Below are positions 52,999 to 64,000 of a stretch of DNA of 64,000 nt, piece by piece (position 1 is the stretch's first letter; every line of letters begins with the position of its first letter). Made by a program: the position numbers and the translations under genes. This DNA comes from Octopus vulgaris (lineage: Eukaryota): NCBI GenBank assembly GCA_951406725.2, contig OX597830.1, forward strand, positions 4,960,001 through 5,024,000, given 5' to 3'. The notes under the pieces are model-generated. The model had not been told where the DNA came from, ran no database searches, and was given only the letters and a program-made list of their open reading frames with translations.

Positions 52999-53402
52999 CT
53001 AGCAGTATCGCCCGGTATTGCTCGGGTTTGTGTCGACCCTTTAGAATTGGAATTTTTGAAAAGTAAAACTTTCGCATTATGTAGCTTGTTATTCTCTTTA
53101 AGTGAACATTTTTCTGATTGAAATACACCACAAAATGGTGACACAGCAGTCAAAAAATCATAAAAAATAGGGATTTTCATAGAAAAAAAGCACGTTTTTG
53201 ATGTAAATAATTTTTGGTGTTAACATGGTCGAATTTGAATTTTGTCTTTTATGTAATAAAGAGCAAGCCTTCTTCTATCATACTCACAATTTTGGTCAAA
53301 TTGCACCGCAGGGTCTTGGAGGAGATAGTGTTAGTTGAAGGCTACCAAACCTACCATACACAGACAACTTCAGCTTTATATATATATATATATATATATG
53401 AG
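52999..53402 (-). mobile_element. Non-autonomous Helitron, full length
   Basis: ctagcagtatcgcccggtattgctcggg terminus; collinear with 28238-28624. Confidence 0.82.
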
Positions 53403-53404
53403 AT

Positions 53405-53545
53405 CAGACATGGCTGTGTGGTAAGAAGTTGCTTCCTAACTTCATTGTTCCAAGTTCAGTCCCACTTCGTAGCACCTTGGGCAAGTGTCTTCTACTATCA
53501 GTCAACCAAAGTTATATGTGTGAATTTACTAAACGGAAACTGGAA
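53405..53545 (+). mobile_element. SINE family B head
   Basis: catggctgtgtggtaagaagttgcttcc..gcaccttgggcaagtgtcttctactat. Confidence 0.75.
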
Positions 53546-54764
53546 GATACCTGTCATGCATGCATGTTAGTGATTTCTGTTTTTTTTTGTAAGTCATAGC
53601 TCAGCAGGACAACTGCATTACTTTGTTCATAATAACTATGGGTTCAAATCAAGCCACATGTTCTTTGCTCTGATATGAAAATATCTGACATAGTACAGTG
53701 TATTAAGATTTGTGAAAGCATTGCAAAACACAATTGTACCACAGCAGAGAATAGATTATGTCTTCAATTTCATTCCATAATCAAAACTGTTCACATCATG
53801 CCTTAAAAGTAAAATCATAAATAACAACCCTTAAAGTAAAATGGTATAACAAAAGAAATAGCTTTCAAATGGATTCACTTTTAATTCTTTACCTTCAGTA
53901 CTCCTCATGTGGATTTTACAATATATCAGAAATCAAAGATTCCAAAAGAGAAGAGGAAAAACTACTTCAAAAGATATCACCTATTTTATGATTCTATATA
54001 AACTTCCAATATTTAGTTATCAAAATAACCATGGAAATTCCTTGGTTCTGCTAATAAATATTATTGGGCAAAATTTGCTTTGTATTTCTTATGTATGTGA
54101 TTTAAATTACTTTCAATGTTATATTCTCTATCAACAAAATTTATATATGATATGATATCAGCCATGCTGATACATCTAGTCCTTGGTATATCTTTAATAA
54201 CTCATAATATTATAATGGAATATTATGTTTCATCCAGAAAATGTTGCATCTTTAAATCCTTGGAACTGTCATCAATTACAGATTATTTCGTTTGTGATGT
54301 TAATTTTTTTCTTCCTGCAGGCTTCTGAACTGCTTTGTTATACTATTATTAGAAAAACCAATGAAATTGTGCCAGTTCACTTTCCATAGCTATGTAGATC
54401 TCGTCTTTTGTTAGTTTTAGCATGCCAGTTACATCTAGTTCCAAACAGTTTTCCATTTATCCAAGGATCCCCTTGTTATAGGATAATAAAACCACTACAA
54501 ATGCTAGCAATAGCTGAGTGTATATATAAAGTATGATGCTGTAGCTAGTCTTTATGGGGATTTTACTCCATAGTTTATTATCTATGGGAATCAGGGACAG
54601 AGATATGGTGCCATTGTGGCTTCATTTATATTTTGAACGAATTTCTAAAGAATTTAAAAGATCAGTCGCTTAACTGACAGTTAGAATATATCATCAGCAT
54701 AATTTATGTTTACCTTTTTCATACTTGCAGGGGTCAGATAGGATTTGTTGTGGTTAGAAGACAA

Positions 54765-55037
54765 GAAATGAACAACATTTCTTGTTTGACAGCAATGCTC
54801 CCTTATAGCAATGGTGTCAAGACAAGGTTACACACATACACACACTATATATATGCTTACATGCACACATATGAAAAGAGCTTCTTACAGTTTCTATCTA
54901 CCAGATCCGTTTACAAGGATTCGGTCAGTCATGGGATACAATACAAGGCACTTGCCAAAGGTGCTGCCACACAGTGAAACTGAACCTATGAGCACATGGT
55001 TGGGAAGCAAGCTTTTTAACCCCAAAGCCAGGCCTAT
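54765..55037 (-). mobile_element. SINE family B, degraded
   Basis: cacatggttgggaagcaagcttttt, cacttgccaaaggtgc. Confidence 0.65.
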
Positions 55038-58011
55038 GCATACATATATGGACACACAGGTATCACAACTACAATTTCCTCCAATTATTTATAGACACAC
55101 ACACACATTCTGGTTATAACAACATTATTTAGCATTTTTATAGGGATAAACCATACTGATGTACTGGCCTTGAAAAATGCTATAATATTGACAGTCTTAA
55201 ACAGTGACTTACAAGTGTCTATATCTTATAGATGCCTTTTTTATTAGACAAACAGTAAATAAAAGTACATTACAGGAACCTGATTGGAAATTGGAACTTT
55301 GGTTTATGGTCTGGTCTTCAGCCAAAATCATTGTGCACTTCCATATTTAGTTCTCCTGATATCCGTATTGGTTTCAATGGGTGATCAGTTGGTCGTATTG
55401 TGCGTGTGTTTTATTTCCAGCCGAGTCAAATATTTGGCCTCCCACCAAGCCATCATAAAACAAGCTTTAAGATTCTTCAGTATTTCAATCAATACCTTCA
55501 GTTGTTAAGAAGAAAAGTCTGCAGTACTCTATATTGGTGAGAAGACATTCAACCAAAACAGAAAAGTACGCTTTAAACAATAAATGGGGAGGGGTGGTAA
55601 GAAGTATAAATTATTATTTTTGTTTCTTTTTTTTTTTATAAAATTATAGAGGTTTTACTTGTAAAATTAATGGACAAACATTAAGATGTCATATTGCTAT
55701 AATTTAAAGAACAATTTCTGTGTCAGTTCAGTCGTTTGAAAAGAAACATAAATTTTGCTTGTGTCATATTTTCTAGTTAATACTTTAATATCTTTTCTTA
55801 TAAACATCATACTAAACTCTTTGTGAAAGTATGTGGCCTTGTGGTTAAGTTGTTGAGCTCGTGACCTTAAGGTCACGAGTTCCATTCCTAGACAAAAGCA
55901 TTGTGTCCTTGGGTAAAGAACATTTCATGTTGCTTCAGTCTATACACATGCAAAAAGGGCCAGTTGAGTACTAGTGCAATCCTCTCTTCCACCAGAAGTA
56001 ACATCAAGACAGGTTAAGTGAGGGAGCACCTTGAGATTATTGGGTGTCTGTGTCTGCTCCCAACTATCCAGGGACCAAAAAGAATTAGTGGAAGCATGGT
56101 GCAAGCTCTCAGCTCATACATGTACTCAAATGATGGCTAGGCTTTCTTCTGTTTGCTTAACTAAATTCATTATTTCTTTTCCTTTATTCTTTCTGCAGTG
56201 ATTCTACAGAACTAATAGCATAGTTGATAAATGCATAGTTTTACAAATTAAAAGGCTTCAATATAAACTTCAGACTTTATTAGATCAGGAGTAAAAAAAA
56301 ATGCAGCTGTTATATTCCTTACTGCTTTTACTTTATTTTACTAATGAGAGAAGTTGAACTCTTGGTGATTTCAGGATAACCTACAGGGAATTCTCTAAAA
56401 CCTGCTCTAAGTACCTAACCTAAAGAAAAAAAGGTTTAATTTATATTGCAATATCTATCACCCATTTATTATACATATTCCCTCTTTACATCCTAGTGTT
56501 CACCTTAGTGACACTTGTTTACAGCTAAGTGGACTGAGACTATGCCAGTCAAAAGAAGAAGAGCATCACTCAGCCCATTTTACAATTTCTGACCTGGTGT
56601 GGGGAAGTGATCCCCTGGCCAGAGATCTTGTCTGAACTCTTGCAGCAAAATGGAGTCAAATATACCCAATGTACCAGGTGATAGAGTTTAAACAGGTGGA
56701 GTGGACATTGCTAGAAGTAACCAAGGACCGTGTGGTGGTTATAAACTGAGCAATAGAAGCAGTCTGAAACCTAAGAACAGGAATGGTCTTTTCAACAGAA
56801 TTGCAATTTCACTTACATGGTTTTGCTAAATCAAAGGCTACAACAAAAGATGTCACTGACCAGCAGGCACCAATTCTCTTTAGTATTATAGCCCATGGTG
56901 CTAGTCTGAGGCTATAATAGAAGACATTTGCCCAAGGAGATGACATGAGGCTACAATACAAGGTACTCAACATACTGATCTGAGGTTATGATGGAAGACA
57001 CCTGAGACAACAATAGAAAGCATTTACTCAAAGTGATCTCAAGTTACAGTAGAACGTATTCCCCACAAGGTGCTTATTTGTGGCTACAATAGAAGACACT
57101 TACCCGAGTTTCTATGTAGTGAAATTGAAACTTGAACTACATAGTTGCCAAGCAATCTTCATACCCCTCCCCCTGTCATCACAGAACTAAAGATACGGTG
57201 TTATATAATCAGAACGTATTTCCATATGGACCATATTGGAAGATATTACTTAAGTTTGCAAACTGCTTTGAGTTGAATGAAAGAATTCAGTTTTATTTAT
57301 AAATATCGGCAATATTCCTGTGTCCTGAGAGTAAGATTTAAATGATGTTGACATACATTTGAAAGTGAAAAGAATAATTTCAGTCCCTGAATACTTTGTT
57401 GTAATTAAACTCATTGAATACTGCATATTGCTTGACTAACATTTCATTCTGATTGATGGAACAAAGATCAAAGAATTCCCTTATATTCAGTGAATTATGA
57501 AATACACTATAAAAGAGTCTTTGATCAAAGAATATTACAGATCGTCTCTAATGGATGTCAGCAGTAAGTGATACAGTGAGTCTCAAATTAAACCCTTATC
57601 ATTCTTTTATTTGTCATTCCTTCTGACAGTCAGCTGTTGCCAAGGCTCTCGTAAAATATTATTCCTCTCATTATTTCTCAACAACTGTTATTTCCCTTCA
57701 GAAAGGCTGCCATTCAAAACATTGAAAGATATTAAAACTTACACTTTGATACACATTCCAGTAGTGCTTATAACTCAGCCCGCTTAATCTCTAATTGTTT
57801 GCACATTCATTTTATGACACTGAGGTTTGCTTCAATGGCAGACATCTTAATACATCTCTGTTTTTGACCCAACCAAAGCCCATGGTTAGTTTATCAGTAA
57901 CTAGCTGTATCTTTTATATGCTTCACTGAATCTTGTTTAGTTGCTGTAATTATAGAAACAATACTTAGAGCCTAAAGGTAATGTTACTGTTTTCCCCTCT
58001 TCCTTCGATTT

Positions 58012-58014
<3 letters not shown>

Positions 58015-58055
<41 letters not shown>

Positions 58056-58077
58056 GTATTTATGTATGTATATATAT
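58015..58077. repeat. (TA)n/(TATG)n microsatellite
   Basis: Direct reading. Confidence 0.95.
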
Positions 58078-60759
58078 GATTACTTTTAAATTTCATTAGT
58101 GGTATTAGGGTAAAGAACTTTAGGTGCTAATATCCTTTACCAAGCAACAGACTGTTAAGTGTTCTGACCTGCTGGCATTATTTATTAAAAAAGAATCAGT
58201 GACTGTCTGTTCTGGCAGAATTGGAGATGACTCTTCAGTTTGAGTATTAGTCCCAGATGCAAACAACACAATTACACCAATTACTGTCAGTGAGAAAGCC
58301 TCTCGTTATTTGCAGTCATTATAATGTTTTAAGCAATTACAACACATTTTTTCTGTTTCACTTTACTCTGTAAATATAGTTCACAACCTAATCATGTGAA
58401 ATATTTATAAAGAAAAAAATGAAATATAGCTTGATACAGATTTTGTAAGTGGTTTTTCTCTTTCATTTCCCCATCCAGAGAGATTTTAGAGCAAACCTTT
58501 CTTTCCACATACCCAAAAGATAATTTCACTTTTTCATTTTAAAACACTTTCTGAAACTGATAATTATATTCTCTAGTTCATATCATATCAAATCCTATAG
58601 CCTTCTTTAATTTATATATTAGTAGGAAGGAGGTAACTCTTAAATATCTCATTTTTGTTTACGCTACTGTTGACAGAGCTGCATTACATAGTCAATGTTA
58701 TATTGAACTATAGAGTAGAAGTTGGGATATCAAGTTTTAAGAGTACAATTCTTCTTTAATCTTGACATTTATGCATATTTCACCCAGTTCTGTATATAGC
58801 AGTCCTATGTTTAAATGTGATTAATCAATCATCTATCTGCTGTTTCTGCATTAATCAAATTTAGTAATTAATGGGAATAATTATTATTAATTTTGGGAAA
58901 TAAAATAATTTAAAATGAATGTATATCATTTATTTTTAAGTGAAAAATTCATCAAGAACCTAGAGAACAGTTTTAGTCACCCTTTTCTTTCCTTCTCTCC
59001 CTAAATTTTGTGTTAACAAGTCCTTTGGTCATTTCTCAGAGAATGGCTTTTCTCCCCAGAGCCAGGGAATACTTCATTCCCACCATGACTCCTCATATTT
59101 CTACAAAGATTGCAACAAACAATGAAAATAATGCCTCCATATCAGGGACGGTGTTGCTACTTTACAAAGATAAACATCCTAGACTATAATCAGAGAAAGG
59201 TCACTCAACTGCCTGGTATGGAATCACTTACAGACATGATCCAATCTCTTGATGTCATATTTTACAATTATCTCTGCCTCCATTACAATGACATCTGCTT
59301 CTTGTAGTTGGCTAATCCCATGCCATATTCACTTTTAATTCATTAGTCACACTTCTAGCATCACTTTTGTGTCCATGCTTAGCTCTGCACTAACCATTGA
59401 GTCGAGTCTATTCTGAGAACATCGACCTTCTCTAACAGTTTCTCTGAATGTGCCTGTCTTGCAATCGTCAACATGTAACAGTTTGAGTGGCACATGAATG
59501 ACCTCAATCTCACTAGTCTTGAAGGGCCTTTGAAGTACCTAGGCATTATCACTTTCTTTAGACTGAAGTAATAAAAAATAAATTTAAACTGCAATGAACA
59601 AGCAGATTTTGTACCATATTCATTGTTTAACTTTGTATTTTGGAAAAAAAAATTCAACTCCTTTCACTTTCCATTTTCCCTCAGTTCTTGCCCTTAAAAT
59701 GCCTGCTGATGTTAATTTTCAAAATCATCCTCATTTAAGTCATTTCAATGTGAAATCAATGGTTCGTGAAATTTTTCTAAATCAACACCTTTATACCTAA
59801 AGGTATTTCCTCTTCCAATATCATTAATTACTCCAATGATCTCATTTACTTCTTTTGAAAGTATATTCACAATTTTGAAAGACATTGTAAATCATAAGCT
59901 CATTCAGGCAAAACATTCAGCTAGACTGTTCCATTACATTTGGCTGTTACTTCTTTCCAAGACTTGTAAATATTTTCAATTGTTTGTTAAAGATTTTTTC
60001 TGAAATTCTTGAAAAATAATATCATCTTAACCAGCTGTGACATGAATTGTCAGTGAGAATGCATTTCAAATATAGCCGGTCTTGTATGTTCCCTGTTGCA
60101 TAACTGCAGTAGCAGAATTATATTTGGTTTAAAATGTAATATGCACATTAGCCAAAAAGTGAGTTAGGATAACTAGGGATTTTATTAAGAATCAAAGGAA
60201 CTTTGAAAGCTTGATTATTTTCCTTGCAATAAATTTTAACTTCAAGCCGAAAATCTAATGTGAACTAATATTGAAACAAGGCTTTATTCAGGCGTACATT
60301 TTTATTTGATTGCCAAATGACTGAAAGTGATTTCTAACAAGTGTCACAGTCATGAACTGCACACAACCACAATCATTGTTTGAAGCCAAACAACAGAAAT
60401 TAACCATTCTTCTGTAGAGGGAGGAAAGTTTAGAAAGAACTTTCTGGTGCAAAACTCCATGCCTGCACCTTGTGTGTCAATATTTTTGCATTTTATCAAG
60501 GAAATTTCTTTGGATATTTTCTTCTTTATTTTCAAACATCATGGCAGCTAATACCTCAAGTGGAGGTAATTATTTCTGATATATTTATTTATTTATTAAT
60601 GCTTTGATTAGAAAGAGCTTGGACTTGAAAATAATTAGAATATGTGCCTGTATTATCTGTACACACCAAGAATTGAAATGCCATTGGGGTCTATCGATTT
60701 TGAGCAAGAGTGGAATTTACCACATAGTTGATCATTGCACCAGTGGTTTGGCTAGTGGT

Positions 60760-61035
60760 ACAGACTCAACAAAGCCTTTGAATTTAGAAACAAAGACCAT
60801 TGAGTATTTTCTTCAGCTTTTCCTTGAAGAAATTTCTCTCAGGATATGCAATGAGAGCCACAAGCTATGCATGCCAACCAGGTAACATCACCTTCATTAC
60901 GTCAACAGAGAAGATGCCGGAGTATCTCAGAATGCTTTTCTTCTGATGGTAATTGTGTAGCTTTCAAGTTACAGAGACCAACTGGAGCACAAATTCAGCT
61001 CTGAAGTAGAAATTCAATGTCGAGAAATTGATATC
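60760..61035 (+). mobile_element. piggyBac (PGBD-type) transposase N-terminal relic
   Basis: TIEYFLQLFLEEISLRICNESHK, then with frameshifts LMVIV*LSSYRD / WSTNSAL / MSRN*Y, matching P.EFF.LFF..I..ETN.YA..LMG..LP..DYWS..MSRNRF of DDE_Tnp_1_7. Confidence 0.72.
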
Positions 61036-61350
61036 CTCATTGTCGTTTAACATCTGCTTCCCATGCTGGCATGGGTTAGACAGTTTGACTGAAGACTGGG
61101 AAGCCAGAAGGCTATGCACGAAAACACTTACATGTATTCAGTCTACATTGGCAGGTGAAAGGGCATAACATAACAGAAATGAAAATTGCTTTCACAATGT
61201 ACACCAACAATCATCACTATAGATTATCAGTGAGTTATGTCCCTTTTCATAAAATTACTATATTTTTACAACTTTTATTTTGGGCCAACAGCATTTCATC
61301 AAAACTTTTAGTTTCTAACAGGATTAGCTGCATAGAAGAAGTGACATAGG

Positions 61351-61626
61351 ATTCTCCTTTTTGATACCAACCCACCAGGTACCAACTTTGGTTCAACAAT
61401 ATTATGCTTCTTGATTTAAAGCGATTGAAATTTAAAACTTTCATCAAAATTTCATGATGTGTTTCCAACACCAGTACAGTCACAAAGTTATTTTACTAAA
61501 TTCTTCAATATTTTCAAAATCAAAATATGACAAAGACAATATATTTCAACAGAAACATACTAAAATCTCGGACTCATATGCAATAGATAAGTTAATTGTA
61601 ATGATGTCCCTAATTGAAAGGGTTAA
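61351..61626 (+). mobile_element. Non-autonomous piggyBac-like element
   Basis: Ends aaaggg + TTAA; related inverted copy at 43238-43720. Confidence 0.55.
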
Positions 61627-62494
61627 GCAATTATTCTTCACTTTTACTAAAAATGTTCTGGATGGTATTTTCTTCGAGACAAAGCTCTTATTGTTTGTAC
61701 TTAGGATTTAAAAAGCATTCTGTTATTTCTTCTTTGTCTTCTTGAATTCCAGTGGATATTTAGCATCAGAATTATCAACATCTACACTCATAAAATTTGT
61801 GTTGTTTTTTATGGTTTTCATTCCTGTTAGAGCTTTGGAATTTTACAACCAACCTCATTTTAGATATTACAGACATCTCTTGATATTTATTTCCTTCTGT
61901 CAGAACTAAGATTTTTAGTGCCAATTGATATTTGCTTCTAATTACAGTTTCTCTACCTATGTTCCACTTCCACTATTAGTACAATTACTATAGTTCCCTT
62001 AGAACATTGCATACTTAATGTTGTGGATACCACTTTATCTTAATCCAAATACTCATTGACTTTGACATAAATAGTTTCAAAGATTAATTAAGACATCACT
62101 TTCTTCAGATCTTAGCTTTGTTTTACATTTTTTCTTCTTTTCGCATTTCGTTCTGTAATGGAATGTTGTTTTCTTGTAGATGTGGTTATCGAAGGGGAGG
62201 CACAGTATTTCGATTTCAGAGGTACATAGAAAATTTGTCAATATATGTGTAACATGTCTATTTGCTCTGGGGACGAGTGAGAGACTGAAATGCAGTAACG
62301 ACAGTGAGAAGATGATATCAGCTCAGCTAATTATTTGCAGCTGTTTACACGTCATTTTCAAAGTGTAGTAATTAAATTTTATATTATGACTGGTTACCAT
62401 CAATTTAATCAATTTAATTGTGCTGATTAAGACTATGTTCATTAAAACTGCAACAAGCTAAAGAAAACTGTATACATATTTGTTGTATATATTT

Positions 62495-62736
62495 GGCATG
62501 TAAAAAGCACCATCCGTTCATGGCCATTTGCCAGACTTGTCTGGCACCTGTGCCGGTGGCACGTAATAAGCACCCACTACACTCACAGAATGGTTGGCGT
62601 TAGGAAGGGCATCCAGCCGTAGAAACATTGCCAGATCAGACTGGGCCTGGTGCAGCCTTCTGGCTTCAAGACCCCAGTTGAACTGTCCAACCCATGCTAG
62701 CATGGAAAGCGGATGCTAAACGATGATGATGATGAT
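62495..62736 (+). mobile_element. Family C retroposon
   Basis: ggttggcgttaggaagggcatccagcc..(GAT)n. Confidence 0.88.
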
Positions 62737-62914
62737 TTGCCATAAATCAGCTTTCTTTTGAGAAATTGTCTGTTTTTTTCCTATTTAATTGTGGATGAAT
62801 TTATAGGACACTGCATAGTACCCAGGAAAAGACTAAAGACTCCAGTACATTTTAACCTACACTGTATTATGAAGGAATAAGAATAAGAAAAATAATCATA
62901 ATAATAATAATAAT

Positions 62915-63600
62915 CCTGCCTGCTTTAGGCACAAGACTGAAATTTGGAAAGAGGAGACCAATCAACTGTACTGACCCCAGTGTTCAACTGGTACTTATTT
63001 TATCGATTCTGAAAGAACGAAAGACAAAGTCAACCTTGGAAGAATTTAAACTTGAACATAAAAGACAAATGAAAAGCCATTAAGTATTTTTTCTGGCAAT
63101 GATAAGGATTCTGCCAGCTCACTGCCTTAATAATAATAATAATCATAATAATAATAATAATAATAATAACAATAATAATAATAATGCTTTCTACTATATG
63201 CACAAAGCCTGAAATTTGGGGGAAGGGAATAGTTGATTACATTGATCCCAGTGCATAACTGGTATTTATTTCATCAATCCTGAGAGGATGAATAGCAAAC
63301 TCGTCTACGACAAAATTTGAACTCAGGACATAGCAACAGACAATATACCACAAAGCAATTCTGCCCAGCGTGCTAACAATTCTGCCAGCTCACCATAATA
63401 ATAATAATCTTTCTACTGGAGGCACAAAGCCTCAAATTTGTGGGGAAGGAAACTAGTCGATTACATTGCCCCCCCCCCCCCAGTGTTTCACTGGTACTTA
63501 ATTTATTGACCCTGAAAGGATGAAAGACAAAGTCGACCTTGGCAGAATTTGAATTCAGAATGTAAAGCAGATGAAATACCACTAATGTTTCTACCAGCTC

Positions 63601-63601
<1 letters not shown>
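62915..63601 (-). mobile_element. Three tandem SINE family A copies separated by (AAT)n
   Basis: Units at about 62915-63128, 63187-63392 and 63409-63601. Confidence 0.85.
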
Positions 63602-63632
<31 letters not shown>

Positions 63633-63720
63633 AATAATAATAATAATGATAATAATAATGATAATAATAATAATAATAATAAGAAGAAGAAGAAGAAGAA
63701 GAAGAATGCAATAATAATAA
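63601..63720. repeat. (CAA)n(TAA)n(AAG)n compound microsatellite
   Basis: Direct reading. Confidence 0.95.
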
Positions 63721-64000
63721 ATTTAAATACATAGTTGTTGGTATAATTATACCCTGACATTTATCTTCAGTAATAATAGAAAAAGTCATTTTAAACTTTT
63801 AAACATAAAAGACAAAGAAAACTTTAAAATAGCCTGATATTTGGCAATTACATTATCTGTGTTATTTCAGAACATGCAACATCCTTCTTATGTTACTAAG
63901 GTGCTAATGTGATTATCAAGTGTGTAATTGTGTATTCATTAAATTATTACTGCACTGAAAGTTCACTTCAACATGTATTTTGTCTTTGCATGACAAGAAG

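Noticed and set aside
58950-59700. Possible MULE/SWIM transposase relic or antisense exon
   Set aside because: Only vague resemblance with many stops; not supportable without a profile search
54300-63900. Strong acceptors near 54320, 54730, 56198, 58478 and 63870 as the next constitutive exon
   Set aside because: In the required phase they hit stops or run into a SINE without TSR motifs; the next exon is probably beyond the window
1-64000. CRISPR arrays, operons, rRNA or other prokaryotic systems
   Set aside because: Spliceosomal introns, SINEs and microsatellites show eukaryotic DNA; no repeat-spacer array was seen

Overview
AT-rich, repeat-dense animal genomic DNA. The repeat families resemble those of octopod cephalopods (inference from recall, not verified). 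The window lies inside one large + strand gene: six GT-AG exons (5229-5414, 13164-13372, 20972-21164, 28713-28908, 43865-43980, 50728-50937) splice with compatible phases into a stop-free 1110-nt frame of tandem thrombospondin type-1 repeats, in the alternating pattern of THSD7A/B. No start or stop codon is in the window. The introns hold at least three SINE-like families, three non-autonomous Helitron copies, decayed RTE, L1-like and CR1/L2-like LINE pieces, pogo and piggyBac transposase relics, hAT-type MITEs and many microsatellites. The most notable unexplained signal is a set of minimal type-I hammerhead ribozyme motifs of the Penelope-like kind, several within or beside long inverted repeats. 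One belongs to a head-to-head tRNA-headed element in which only the antisense arm keeps the ribozyme. Almost all supplied ORFs are spurious. Repeat boundaries are approximate.
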